NCBI GenBank assembly: GCA_037189525.1
Contig: JBBCJC010000005.1
Coordinates: forward strand, 192,001 to 256,000
Direction: 5' to 3'
Length of the DNA stretch: 64,000 nt
Source: Gemmatimonadales bacterium
GTDB lineage: Bacteria > Gemmatimonadota > Gemmatimonadetes > Gemmatimonadales > GWC2-71-9
Below the pieces are notes generated by a model, which saw only the letters and a program-made list of their open reading frames with translations, was not told the origin of the DNA and searched no databases. Below are positions 11,090 through 21,148 of this stretch, one piece after another; position 1 is the first letter of the stretch; every line of letters begins with the position of its first letter. The position numbers were made by a program, and so were the translations under genes.

Positions 11090-13363
11090 TCACGGGTTGA
11101 TCGGATACGTCGCGCGCCCTCGGCGGCTGCGTATCACCATGAATGTGTCCTCGACCTGCACGGTGACCGTGCCGTCCTGGTCGGTGCGCCACGTCGCGGC
11201 GCCGGCCGCCGCCAGCCTGCCCAGCGCTTCGGGCGTCGGATGCCCGTAGCGATTGCGCGCCCCGACACTCACCACCGCCACCGTCGGCCTGAGCGCACCA
11301 AGCAGCACCTCGCCGCTCGCGGTCCGGGAACCGTGATGCCCGACCTTGAGCAGCTCCGTCGGACCGAACCGCGGGGCGAGCGCTGCCTCGACGGGAAATC
11401 CCGCGTCGCCGGGAAAGAGCGCCTGAAAACTGCCCGCCGTGATCCGGAGCACCGAGGAGTCTTCGTTGAGATCGAGCTCCCAATCGCTCCAGGTCGTATC
11501 CGGATGCAGGGCCTCGACCAGCACCCCGTCGATCGCCAGCCGCGCACCGGCGCGAAGCGGCGCCCAGCGGATCTCCCGGTCGGCAATGCCGTCCAGCAAT
11601 GCAAGGTAGCCTGGATCGGGAATCCGCACCGCCGGCTCGAAGATGCGGCCCACCGGCATCGCGTCGAGCACCGCCTCGAGCCCGCCGTAGTGATCCCGGT
11701 GACCGTGGGAGAGAAAGACGGCCTCGAGCCGCCTGACACCCTGTCGCCTGAGATACGGAATGATGACCCGACGACCCGCATCGAACTGCCGGTCGGAGGG
11801 CCCGGCATCGATCAGCATCCAGCGCCCGGCCGGGGTCTCGATCAGCGTGGCATCGCCTTGCCCGACGTCGAGAAAATGTAACGTCAGCCGAGACCCCGTG
11901 TGAGCTACGGGGAACCACGCCACCAGCGAATGCAGCGCGCCCCCGACAGCCCCGATCCAAAGCAGCCGGCGGGCCGCCTCGCGCGCCGTTTGGCGGTTGC
12001 CGAACACCACGACCGCCGTGACCACCCCTCCAGTTGCCACCAGGGCGGGCCAAAGGCCCGGCTCGAAGACCAGAGCCGCCCCCGGCGCGGCCCCTCCATG
12101 CACCGCAAGCAGCTCGAGAGCCGCCAGCAGCGTTCCGCCCCCCGCCGCAAAGGCCCCGGACACCACCGGCACGAGCGGCCCGACGATCAGGCTGAAAATC
12201 ACGGCAGGCACCGCAAACGCCGTCATCGGAATGGCCACCAGGTTGAGCAGCACGCCGGCCACCGGAACCGTCCCAAAGACCCACGCCGTCAGCGGCGCCG
12301 TCGCGAGAGTGGCGCCGATCGAACCTGCAATGACCCGCCACCACTGACTCTCGCCCAAGGCGCGATCGCTCCAGCGGCTGGCCGCCGTGGCGCCCCAGAG
12401 CGCCGTCACCGAGAGCCAGGCACCGAGATCGGTCACGGCCCACGGGTCGATCAGCAGCACCCCGAACGCCACCGTGGCAAACAGCGCCCCCGATGACGGA
12501 TTCCGCTGCCGCTGCCGTTCGATGGCCAGCACGATCGCCAGGAGCGCCGCCCGAACCGCCGGCGGCGCAGCGCCGACGAAGATGACGTAGCCGACCACCA
12601 CGATGGCCGCGCCAACAGCGGCATGTCTCCCGAGTCCGGCCGCTCGCAAGATGAGCAGCACCCAGCCCCAGACCAGGCCGACGTGAAAACCGCTGATGGA
12701 CAGGAGATGGACCAGACCGGAACGGCTGAACGCGTCGCCCAGGGTCGGATCGATGGTGCCGCGTGTGCCAAGCACCAGCGCCTGGATCACACCGGCCCGA
12801 GCGCCGTAGAGCGTCCCGGCACTCCGCAGCAAACGGTTGCGGAGTCGTGACTCGAGGCCCGCGCTCGCCGCCGAGTCGAGTACCGTGACCGTGCGTACGG
12901 CCAGGACACCGCCGCCTGCGCGCCAGGGTCCGGTGCGCGGCCGCCAGCTGCCCTCGAGCACGACCCGCGTCCCGGCCCAGAGCGTATCGGGACGGCGATG
13001 GCGGACCATCACAGTTCCTGCGCATCCGGCGCCCTGGGGTTCGACCGCGCCCATCTGCCCCGACGGGATCGGTTCCCGCACCAGCACTTCGAGCCGATAG
13101 GACGCCTCGGCCATCCGTTCTGCACAGCGAGCCCCGTCCAGACGCCGCGCCAGGAGGCCGTGCCCCGCTCCGACCGCGACCACCAGGCCGATCACCGCCT
13201 CCGCCGGCCGACGCAGCCCAAACCGCGCAATCAACGCGGCAAGGGCGCCGAGCAAACAGACCGCCATGCCGACCAGAGGCTGCCGGAACAGCCCGGCCGC
13301 CACTCCGGCAGCAAAGGCCGCCAGCCCGATCAGTACCGGTGACGGCAAACGAATGGGGAGCAC
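11090..13363 (-). CDS. comEC: DNA internalization competence protein ComEC/Rec2
   Basis: GLVHLLSISGFHV competence domain, multiple TM helices, and C-terminal MBL domain (LDVGQGD, SHGHRDHYGG, KVGHHGS, NRYGHP). Confidence 0.95.
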   Translation of the reverse strand: MLPIRLPSPVLIGLAAFAAGVAAGLFRQPLVGMAVCLLGALAALIARFGLRRPAEAVIGLVVAVGAGHGLLARRLDGARCAERMAEASYRLEVLVREPIPSGQMGAVEPQGAGCAGTVMVRHRRPDTLWAGTRVVLEGSWRPRTGPWRAGGGVLAVRTVTVLDSAASAGLESRLRNRLLRSAGTLYGARAGVIQALVLGTRGTIDPTLGDAFSRSGLVHLLSISGFHVGLVWGWVLLILRAAGLGRHAAVGAAIVVVGYVIFVGAAPPAVRAALLAIVLAIERQRQRNPSSGALFATVAFGVLLIDPWAVTDLGAWLSVTALWGATAASRWSDRALGESQWWRVIAGSIGATLATAPLTAWVFGTVPVAGVLLNLVAIPMTAFAVPAVIFSLIVGPLVPVVSGAFAAGGGTLLAALELLAVHGGAAPGAALVFEPGLWPALVATGGVVTAVVVFGNRQTAREAARRLLWIGAVGGALHSLVAWFPVAHTGSRLTLHFLDVGQGDATLIETPAGRWMLIDAGPSDRQFDAGRRVIIPYLRRQGVRRLEAVFLSHGHRDHYGGLEAVLDAMPVGRIFEPAVRIPDPGYLALLDGIADREIRWAPLRAGARLAIDGVLVEALHPDTTWSDWELDLNEDSSVLRITAGSFQALFPGDAGFPVEAALAPRFGPTELLKVGHHGSRTASGEVLLGALRPTVAVVSVGARNRYGHPTPEALGRLAAAGAATWRTDQDGTVTVQVEDTFMVIRSRRGRATYPINP

Positions 13364-13385
13364 GGTTCAGAGTACCGTGCTCCCC
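13355..13385. repeat. Perfect 12-bp inverted repeat over the comEC start
   Basis: GGGGAGCACGGT-tcagagt-ACCGTGCTCCCC. Confidence 0.85.
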
Positions 13386-13435
13386 CTGGTCACCGAGTAC
13401 CATTCCGGCACTCAGCGCATCAAATCACCGCGAAA

Positions 13436-13720
13436 TCAGGCGAAGGTGCCGCTCCCGCATCGCGGTGACATCGTGACCCGCCGGAAGCCGTCCATCACGG
13501 CGACGTCGATCGAGGCCCGGCCCTGCTGCTTGTCCAGGCTGACCTCGGTGACCACGGCCCCTTCGAGCGTGGCCACATAGCGCGGCGGCAATCGGTTGAG
13601 TGCAAACACGATCACGTCGGCACGGCACATCTCACACCCGCAGAACTCGGGAAAATGCGGCCGCAGGCTGTCGTACGCCTCGACTACATGATCCTCGACC
13701 GCATTCTTGAGTTTCATCAC
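13436..13720 (-). CDS. comFB: ComFB family (late competence development) protein
   Basis: KNAVE...CGCEMCRADVIVFALNRLPPRYVAT, the ComFB CxCxxC-D-ALNxLPPxY signature. Confidence 0.85.
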   Translation of the reverse strand: MMKLKNAVEDHVVEAYDSLRPHFPEFCGCEMCRADVIVFALNRLPPRYVATLEGAVVTEVSLDKQQGRASIDVAVMDGFRRVTMSPRCGSGTFA

Positions 13721-15027
13721 AAGACCGCCAGAGAATGCCCAGCTACCGTGGTTCCCGTATAGGTCGAACCCGTCGTTCCCGTCAGGCGCACCGTCCGATA
13801 CTCACCAACCGACTCGGGTCCCAGATCGAGCAGAACCATCAGGTTGGTTCGGGTCCGCGCCAGCATGCCGCCGCGCTTGGCCGGCTGCTCCACCAGGACT
13901 TCATGGACCGTACCGACCCGCTCGAGGTTTTTCCGGCGCGACTGCGTCCGCACCACGTTGATCAACCGATCGAGGCGCTCGGCCGAGACATCGTCGGGCA
14001 CGTGATCCTTCAGCCGGGTGGCCGGCGTGCCATCCCTCGGCGAATACCGGAAGGTGTACGCGTCGTCGAACCCCGCCTCGCCGATCAGGCTGACCGTCTC
14101 GGCAAACTGCTCCTCGGTTTCGCCCGGGAAGCCGACGATGATATCCGTCGAAAAGGTCATGCCAGGAATGGCGTCGCGCAGCTGCTGCACCACCTCGAGG
14201 TACCGTTCCCGGGTGTAGCGCCGCAGCATCCGGCGCAGAACCGCATTGGACCCGCTCTGCACCGGCAGATGCACGTGTTCGCATACGGCGGGCGTTTCGG
14301 CCATCGCCGCGATCACGGCCGGGGTGAAGTCTGTCGGATACGGACTGGTGAAGCGAAGCCGCCGCACGCCATCAACCGCTCCGACGGCGCGGAGCAAGGC
14401 CGCAAAGTCCGACTCCCCATCATGATAGGAATTGACGGTCTGACCGAGCAACGTCACTTCCGACACGCCGGAGACGACCAGCGTTTCGACCTCGCGCACC
14501 ACGTCGGCCAGCCGGCGACTCCGCTCCGGACCGCGCGTGGTGGGCACGATACAAAAGGTGCACTTGTAATCGCAGCCGCGCTGCACCGTAACGAACGCCT
14601 TGGGTCCGGCATCCCGGGCGGCAGGCACGTCTTCGTAATGTTCCCAGGAGCGGAATGTGGTATCGGCGCCACGGACTCCCGACTCGGCATCGTGAATCAG
14701 CGTGGGCAAGTTGCGATAGGCATCCGGGCCGACCACGAGGTCGAGCTTGGGAACCCGATCGAGCAGATCGGTCCCCAGACGCTGGGCCATGCACCCGACG
14801 ACCCCGAGCACCGACCCTGCCCGCTTGTACCGCTGCAATTCGCCGACTCGGCCGACCACCCGCTGCTCGGCATGATCGCGCACCGCGCAGGTATTGACCA
14901 GCATGATGTCCGCAGCTGCCGGATCGTCGACCCGGTCGTACCCGTGCTCACCGAGCACACCGAACATCAGCTCGGTGTCGGCGGCGTTCATCTGGCAGCC
15001 GTAGGTTTCGATATAGACCCGCTTCAT
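13717..15027 (-). CDS. miaB: tRNA-i6A37 methylthiotransferase
   Basis: ETYGCQMN, NTCAVRDHAE, radical SAM GCDYKCTFC, C-terminal TRAM domain. Confidence 0.96.
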   Translation of the reverse strand: MKRVYIETYGCQMNAADTELMFGVLGEHGYDRVDDPAAADIMLVNTCAVRDHAEQRVVGRVGELQRYKRAGSVLGVVGCMAQRLGTDLLDRVPKLDLVVGPDAYRNLPTLIHDAESGVRGADTTFRSWEHYEDVPAARDAGPKAFVTVQRGCDYKCTFCIVPTTRGPERSRRLADVVREVETLVVSGVSEVTLLGQTVNSYHDGESDFAALLRAVGAVDGVRRLRFTSPYPTDFTPAVIAAMAETPAVCEHVHLPVQSGSNAVLRRMLRRYTRERYLEVVQQLRDAIPGMTFSTDIIVGFPGETEEQFAETVSLIGEAGFDDAYTFRYSPRDGTPATRLKDHVPDDVSAERLDRLINVVRTQSRRKNLERVGTVHEVLVEQPAKRGGMLARTRTNLMVLLDLGPESVGEYRTVRLTGTTGSTYTGTTVAGHSLAVL

Positions 15028-15039
15028 GACGTCAGGTCC

Positions 15040-16182
15040 TCACGGCCGGATCGAGACACCCAGCGTCACCACCGTGGCCCGCTCGGTGTAGCTCGCCCCG
15101 TCGGAGCGCCACAGCTGCTGGACCGCCAGATCGATCCCGCCCCGTCCCTGCGTGAACCGGAACCCGGTGCCCAGCGAGATCCCGTACTCGTGGGGCTGCC
15201 GCCCGGTCAGGATCGGAAACGGCAAGGTGGCGTAGTGGCCGCCCAGCCGGATCGGACGATGCTGCGGATTCCGGGTTTCCTGGAGCCATTCGATGCCGGT
15301 CGACACCTCGTAGGTGTTCTCCGCGCCGATGCCGCCCTGCGCCAGGATATCGGCCCGGGAGGCGCTCCACTGCTTCTGCTGATACGCCGCAGCCCAGGTA
15401 AACCGCATCGTGGGTTGCCAGCGTCCCGAGACGGCCCACGCCGTCGGCAGGTCGATCCGGGTGATCGGCAAGCTATCGCGATCGACCTTGAGGTGACCGT
15501 CGTTCCGGTACGTCCCGGCCAACGAAATGCTGCGATGCAGCCGGACCGTCGCGCCGACCGAGGCGCCGAGGCCGAGATAGGAGAGATCGGTCCGCTCGTT
15601 GGCTCCGGCATAAGCCGAATCGGAAAACGCTTTCCGGTTTTCGACGCGATTGAGACCGGTGATCGCGTGCAGACCAAGCCCCACCTGCAACCAGGGGGCG
15701 ACCTGCCAGCCGCTGGCAAGGCGAAGATCCGAGAGTCCCCCGCGGGAGCTCAGCGTGTCGTAGACCTGAACCTGCTGGCCGCGTAGCTCCACTTCCGTCA
15801 CCGTACCGAGCGTATAGCTGCGATCGGTGTACCCGGACAGGCTCACCGACACGCCGAACGGTGTGCCGCCCACCGGACCGGCGGCCACGATCTGCGGAAA
15901 CCGATTGTCCCGCCCCGACTGCGAGCCGAACGGATTGGTGGAGTTCCGGAAGTTCTGCGAAGTGCTGAACAGCGAGGTGAACTGGAAGATCGACGCCACC
16001 GCCGCCGGGTTGGCGCTCGACTCCGGATCGAACAGAGCAATCGCCCCGCCGGCCGACAGAGAGCGCGGCGAGTAGGGCCGCAACGGAATGCCCAACCCGC
16101 GCACACCAAACTGCGACGACTGCGCCTCGAGTACCGGCGCCACCAACCCGGTCAGGGCCGCGAGCAACAACAAACGGCGCAT
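15040..16182 (-). CDS. Outer-membrane beta-barrel protein (FadL/OmpP1-like)
   Basis: Signal peptide MRRLLLLAALTGLVAPVLEAQ, plug-like SQFGVRGLG...NPAA, amphipathic strands. Start moved to 16182. Confidence 0.65.
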   Translation of the reverse strand: MRRLLLLAALTGLVAPVLEAQSSQFGVRGLGIPLRPYSPRSLSAGGAIALFDPESSANPAAVASIFQFTSLFSTSQNFRNSTNPFGSQSGRDNRFPQIVAAGPVGGTPFGVSVSLSGYTDRSYTLGTVTEVELRGQQVQVYDTLSSRGGLSDLRLASGWQVAPWLQVGLGLHAITGLNRVENRKAFSDSAYAGANERTDLSYLGLGASVGATVRLHRSISLAGTYRNDGHLKVDRDSLPITRIDLPTAWAVSGRWQPTMRFTWAAAYQQKQWSASRADILAQGGIGAENTYEVSTGIEWLQETRNPQHRPIRLGGHYATLPFPILTGRQPHEYGISLGTGFRFTQGRGGIDLAVQQLWRSDGASYTERATVVTLGVSIRP

Positions 16183-16183
16183 G

Positions 16184-17425
16184 CTACGGTCTCCCCGGAT
16201 TGGTGGGCAAGCCATACGTGATCCGCAGCCGAGGCCCACCGGTAGGTGAGCGCGTCGAGAAGAACACCGGCTGCATGAAGCCGCCACCATAGACTTCTTC
16301 GAGATGGGTGATGAAGAGCGCCGGGGGCGGTCCGCCGGGCTGCTGCCACTCTTTGGCCAGGACGGTGATCTCGATCGAGACCGGCGTCGTGGTCCCTTCG
16401 TGCATCCGCCCGGCCCACACCAGACTGCCCTGATTCAAAGTGGGCGATTTGGCGCCGAGATCGGCAATGACGCCACGCACCGAGACGCTGTCGCCGAACA
16501 GATTGTTCGGCAGTCCGGAGAACGGCAGGGCCGGTGTCAGTTCCAGCGTGGCGCGGACGATTTCCGCCGAGTCTCGAATGCCCGGGGGAATGGCAAACCG
16601 AATCAGGCCGCGCCCCGTGGCCGGACCGCCAAGGTACAGCAGATCCGGATCGGCATCGATCGAACGATCGAGTGTCCCGACGTATCCGAAGGTCGCGATG
16701 TCGGCAGGTCGTACCAGGGCCGACTGGCGCAGCTTGCTGGTATCCGCCACCTCGACCCGCCCGCGAAACTCGAAGGTGGGCGCATTGGTCGATCCGAGGT
16801 TGTCGACACCGAGCCGCACACCGGTGGGCTTACTGGCGCGGACCCGAATCCCGAAGGCAACCCGGCCGCTGTCGGCGGCGGAGGTGCGCACCTTGTCGAT
16901 GTCGTCGCCCGTCAGGTACGCACCAATCCGGCCGGACTTGAGCGTATCCGGCACCACGATGCTGTCGACGATCGGCGTGTTGGCCAAAAGCGTCTGGAGA
17001 CTGTCGAAGCTGATGGTGGTGTCGGCAGCCCCGAGCGGGAAACGATGCAGGTAGAGCGTCAGCCCGGTCGCGGTGGTGTCTCGCGACTGGAGCTGGAAGG
17101 TCACGGCGGCCGAGTCGACCTCGAGCTTCGTCATGATGTTGTCGACCGCGATCGAGTCTTCCCGGACGATCGGGAAACTGATGAAGGCGCGGTACTCGCC
17201 CACATCCAACCCGTCCGATACCAGCAATCCGAGCCGATCGGAGCGATCGGCATAGCCAAAGAACGTCGAATCGCCGCCGACGATCGGCAGAATCGTGGTG
17301 TCCCGAATGATGATCGGATCACCCGGGCAGAGATCAGGACAGGTCCCGGGGGTCGTGATCCGATCCTGACAGCCGGCGAGTGCCAGCGCCAGAAGACCCA
17401 CGGCCGCAATGATGCCCCGCTTCAC
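16184..17425 (-). CDS. Hypothetical lipoprotein, beta-rich
   Basis: Lipobox LAGC after a hydrophobic signal; CPDLCP motif; 1 nt from the barrel gene. Confidence 0.75.
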   Translation of the reverse strand: MKRGIIAAVGLLALALAGCQDRITTPGTCPDLCPGDPIIIRDTTILPIVGGDSTFFGYADRSDRLGLLVSDGLDVGEYRAFISFPIVREDSIAVDNIMTKLEVDSAAVTFQLQSRDTTATGLTLYLHRFPLGAADTTISFDSLQTLLANTPIVDSIVVPDTLKSGRIGAYLTGDDIDKVRTSAADSGRVAFGIRVRASKPTGVRLGVDNLGSTNAPTFEFRGRVEVADTSKLRQSALVRPADIATFGYVGTLDRSIDADPDLLYLGGPATGRGLIRFAIPPGIRDSAEIVRATLELTPALPFSGLPNNLFGDSVSVRGVIADLGAKSPTLNQGSLVWAGRMHEGTTTPVSIEITVLAKEWQQPGGPPPALFITHLEEVYGGGFMQPVFFSTRSPTGGPRLRITYGLPTNPGRP

Positions 17426-17808
17426 GACAACGACTCCGGCCCGAACGCATCGGGCAGTAGATCACGCATGTGCCACTGCTTCCTCGCTGAGGGACCAACG
17501 GCCTCCACCTGGAGGTCGGCCCCGAATTCCCAAAGGACCTGCCGGCACGCTCCGCAGGGAGCGGCGGGCGGATCCACATCCGTCACGACGACGATGCGCA
17601 CGAACCGACGCGCCCCGGCCGCCACCGCCTGCACCGCCGCGGATCGCTCGGCGCAGATGGTGAGCCCGTACGAGGCATTCTCGACGTTGCATCCGGCAAA
17701 GATGCGACCGTCGTCGGTTTCGATTGCCGCGCCAACTTTGAAGCGCGAGTACGGCGCGTAGGCCGCTTCTCGCGCGGCCCGCGCCGCGTCGACCAGCCGA
17801 TCAGCCAC
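17422..17808 (-). CDS. cdd: Cytidine deaminase
   Basis: AYAPYSRFKVGAA, NVENASYGLTICAE, PCGACRQ. GTG start at 17808. Confidence 0.95.
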   Translation of the reverse strand: MADRLVDAARAAREAAYAPYSRFKVGAAIETDDGRIFAGCNVENASYGLTICAERSAAVQAVAAGARRFVRIVVVTDVDPPAAPCGACRQVLWEFGADLQVEAVGPSARKQWHMRDLLPDAFGPESLS

Positions 17809-18973
17809 TCCAGATCTCCCCGAGAAACGAGCGCCCCGCCGTGAGCGGGGCAACGCCCAAGAACTCGGCCACCGTCTGTCCGACGTCGGCAAACGTTGCG
17901 CGTTCACCTAACGACACGGGCCGCACCTTCGGCCCGTACACGAGCACCGGGACCCGCTCCCGCGAATGGTCGGTCGACGGGGTGGTCGGGTCGTTCCCGT
18001 GGTCGGCCGTAAATATAACCAAATCATCCGCTTGCACGGCCCCGAGGAGATCCGGAATGGCCTGGTCCAGCTGGCGGAGGCCGGCCAGAAATCCGGGCAC
18101 ATCGTTCCGGTGCCCCCAGGTCTGATCGAACTCGATCACATTGGCAAAGACCAACCCGCTCCGGACGTCGGCGAAGGCCTGCCCGAGCAGGTCATACGCC
18201 GCCTGGTTGGTCGGGGTATGCACTGACTGGATGCCCCGGCCGGCAAAAAGGTCGTCCACCTTGCCGATCCCGACCCGGGCGACTCCTGCCGCTTCGAGCC
18301 GGTCGAGGAGGGTCGGCCCAACCGGAGGGAGGGAATAGTCCTTCCGGTCGGCGGTCCGGACCCACGCCCCCGGAACGCCTCGGAACGGCCGGGCAATCAC
18401 CCGCGACACCCCGGTATCCCCCCGGCAGAGTTCCCGCGCCAGCCCGCAAGCCCGGTACAACTCGTCGAGGGACACCACATCCTCGTGGGCCGCGATCTGA
18501 AAGACGCTGTCGGCCGAGGTGTAGACGATCCAGCTGCCGGTTGCGAGGTGCTCGGCGCCGAGTTGGTCGAGCACCGCCGTACCTGAGGCCGGCCAGTTCC
18601 CGAGCACACCGCGACCGGTGGCCCGCGCAAAGGCCGCAATCAGGTGGTCAGGAAAGCCCTGGGGGAAGGTGGGAAACGGCTGCTCCAGGATGAGCCCGGC
18701 CAGTTCCCAATGGCCGGTGGTGCTGTCCTTCCCTTCACTCGCGGGCTGTGCCGTGCCCCACGCCGCCCCGGGTTCGCCGCTGGCCGGGACCCCGGGCAGG
18801 GGGGCGCAACACCCCAGGCCCAACCCCTCCAGCGCCGGGAGCCGGTACCCCGCCGGGGCCTGAGCCAGAACATTGCCCAGGGTATTGCTGCCGGCATCGC
18901 CGTAGCGCGTCTGGTCGTGCGACGGCCCGATTCCGAGCCCGTCGAGTACGATCAGGAACGCGCGGCGGCTCAT
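17801..18973 (-). CDS. deoB: Phosphopentomutase
   Basis: LIVLDGLGIG, GKDSTTGHWE, YTSADSVFQIAAHE, WGHRND, TADHGNDPT, DHSRE. Confidence 0.96.
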   Translation of the reverse strand: MSRRAFLIVLDGLGIGPSHDQTRYGDAGSNTLGNVLAQAPAGYRLPALEGLGLGCCAPLPGVPASGEPGAAWGTAQPASEGKDSTTGHWELAGLILEQPFPTFPQGFPDHLIAAFARATGRGVLGNWPASGTAVLDQLGAEHLATGSWIVYTSADSVFQIAAHEDVVSLDELYRACGLARELCRGDTGVSRVIARPFRGVPGAWVRTADRKDYSLPPVGPTLLDRLEAAGVARVGIGKVDDLFAGRGIQSVHTPTNQAAYDLLGQAFADVRSGLVFANVIEFDQTWGHRNDVPGFLAGLRQLDQAIPDLLGAVQADDLVIFTADHGNDPTTPSTDHSRERVPVLVYGPKVRPVSLGERATFADVGQTVAEFLGVAPLTAGRSFLGEIWSG

Positions 18974-19236
18974 TGGATCGGCGGCGCGCCGGAGCCGGAC
19001 TGCACGAAGCGGAACCGGAGCGCGGTGAGCGCCTCCGTCAGCAGCTTCTCTTCATCGGCATCGAGCCGGCCCTTGGTCTTGTCGGACAGCATGCCGAGCG
19101 TATCGATCAGCGCCTGGGCAATCTGCCGCGCGTTGGCGCCGGGCATCCCTTCCGCACCCGGCGGAAGAGCGCCGTTCATGGCGCCTTCTGCCTGCTGCGC
19201 AAGACCGAGCACCAGGGAAGCGAAATGGGGATTCAT
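18970..19236 (-). CDS. DUF1844 domain protein
   Basis: IDTLGMLSDKTKGRLDADEEKLL...LRFRFV. Confidence 0.8.
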   Translation of the reverse strand: MNPHFASLVLGLAQQAEGAMNGALPPGAEGMPGANARQIAQALIDTLGMLSDKTKGRLDADEEKLLTEALTALRFRFVQSGSGAPPIQ

Positions 19237-20300
19237 GGCATCTCTCCGTACCGGCGGACCACGCGGGATCCGACCGAGGTTAACAGCTCATAGCTGATGG
19301 TACCGGCGCGCGCCGCCTGCGCATCCAGCGGCAGCGGCCCGCCGAACAATGTGGCCACCTGCCCCACCCGCACCGTCTGCCTGGGGGTGACGACCATGGT
19401 CATGTCCATGGTCACCCGCCCGGCAATGGTCCAGGTGGTGTCACCGATGGCGACCAGCCCCTTGCCGCTCAAGGCGCGATGCACGCCGTCGGCGTATCCG
19501 ATGCCCAGCGTCACCACCTCGCCGTCGGCGGCGACGGTGTGCGTCGCGCCATAGCTGATGGTGTCGCCCGCGCGGATCGCACGTACCGCATGCACCAGCG
19601 CCTGGAGGCGCGCGACGGGCTCCGGCACCAGCGACCCGGCTTCGCCGCCGTAAAGGAAGATGCCCGGCCGCGCCAGCGTACCTGCGTAGCGAGCGCCCCA
19701 CTGCCCGGCGGCGCTGTTGGCCAAGTGGACGACCGCCGGCCGGCCCAGCGCACCGACCACGGCGTCGAAGCGACCGGCCTGTTCGACCGTCAGGGCTTCG
19801 GAGCTATCGGACGCGGCAAAGTGCATGAAGACGCCTTCGAAGCGGGCCGAGCCGTGGACCCGATCGCGGGCGGCGGCCAGCGACGCCTCGTCGTGCCAGC
19901 GGAAGCCCCCGCGTCCCATTCCGGTATCGATCTCGAGATGGAAAGGACGGTCTGACGCGCCCATCCAGGCATCGAGCCCCCGCACGCTGCCGATGGCCGG
20001 GCGGAGGTCGAGTTCCAGATACTCGTCGAGCCGCTCCGGCACGAACGGCACGAAGACCATGATCCGGCGGGTAATGCCCGCCTCACGCAACTGGCGCGCT
20101 TCGCTGAGCGTCGCCACCCCGAACCCCCAGGGGTCGAGCGTTTCGAGCGCCCGGGCCACCGGCACCGCCCCGAGGCCGTAGGCGTTGGCCTTGACCATGG
20201 GCAGGATCGGAACCCCGACTGCCTTCGCGTAGCTGCGGGCATTGCGGAGCAACGCCCCGAGATCGACATCGAGCCAAGGACCGGACGCAGACATGCACAT
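19233..20300 (-). CDS. alr: Alanine racemase
   Basis: VKANAYG PLP lysine, EIDTGMGR, ISYG, GYADG, GRVTMD, TISYELL. Start 20300 or 20294. Confidence 0.95.
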   Translation of the reverse strand: MCMSASGPWLDVDLGALLRNARSYAKAVGVPILPMVKANAYGLGAVPVARALETLDPWGFGVATLSEARQLREAGITRRIMVFVPFVPERLDEYLELDLRPAIGSVRGLDAWMGASDRPFHLEIDTGMGRGGFRWHDEASLAAARDRVHGSARFEGVFMHFAASDSSEALTVEQAGRFDAVVGALGRPAVVHLANSAAGQWGARYAGTLARPGIFLYGGEAGSLVPEPVARLQALVHAVRAIRAGDTISYGATHTVAADGEVVTLGIGYADGVHRALSGKGLVAIGDTTWTIAGRVTMDMTMVVTPRQTVRVGQVATLFGGPLPLDAQAARAGTISYELLTSVGSRVVRRYGEMP

Positions 20301-20392
20301 TGGGGTGGAAGAGGACCGAACGGATGCCGCAGCCACACCGCCACTGCAGCATAAAGAGGTGACCAAGTACAATAAGGACACGCGGAGGGGGA

Positions 20393-21148
20393 ATGCAAGA
20401 AAAATCGGCGCTCGAACGTGCGATGGCGATGGTGACGGATCTGCGGGAACGGTGCCCCTGGGACCGGGCCCAGACGCGCGACACGCTCAGGCCCTACCTG
20501 ATCGAAGAAGTCCACGAACTGGATCACGCCATCGGCACCGGCGACATCGCCGGGATCCGGGACGAGATGAGCGACTTCCTGCTGCATACGGCCTGGCAGC
20601 TGGTGCTTGGTGCGGAACGGGGTGAATTCACCCCGGACGAGATCGCCGCCGATCTCGAAGCCAAGATGAAACGGCGGCACCCGCACCTGTTCGACCTGGG
20701 ACCGAAGGAGTCGTGGGAATCGCTCAAGCGCCGCGAGCGAACCACGCCCCGCGGAACGCTCGACGGCCTGCCCCCCTCCCTGCCGCCGCTCCTCCTGGCC
20801 ATGCGAATGGGCGAACGGGCCGCGGCCGTCGGATTCGACTGGCCCGACGCAACCGGGCCAATCGCGAAGGTCCGCGAAGAACTGGCCGAGGTGGAAGAGG
20901 CCCTGGCCGGCGCCGACCGGGACGCTCTGGATCACGAAATCGGCGACCTGCTCTTTTCGGTCGTGAATGTGGCGCGCAAGGTCGGCATCCAGCCGAGTGC
21001 CGCGTTGGAGCGGGCCAATGCCCGATTCCGGGAACGGTTCCGCGGCGTCGAGCAGCGGGCCGCCGACCGAGGCGTCGATCTGGCCACCGCAGGACTCGAG
21101 CGGCTGGACGAATTCTGGAACGAAGCCAAGACGGAGGGCGACCAATGA
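20393..21148 (+). CDS. mazG: Nucleoside triphosphate pyrophosphohydrolase
   Basis: LRERCPWDRAQT, EEVHEL, RRHPHLF, GFDW, EIGDLLF (tandem MazG domains). Confidence 0.95.
   Translation: MQEKSALERAMAMVTDLRERCPWDRAQTRDTLRPYLIEEVHELDHAIGTGDIAGIRDEMSDFLLHTAWQLVLGAERGEFTPDEIAADLEAKMKRRHPHLFDLGPKESWESLKRRERTTPRGTLDGLPPSLPPLLLAMRMGERAAAVGFDWPDATGPIAKVREELAEVEEALAGADRDALDHEIGDLLFSVVNVARKVGIQPSAALERANARFRERFRGVEQRAADRGVDLATAGLERLDEFWNEAKTEGDQ

Noticed and set aside
20393..21148. MazG as part of a toxin-antitoxin or anti-phage system
   Set aside because: Ordinary tandem-domain housekeeping MazG with no mazEF or defence genes nearby.
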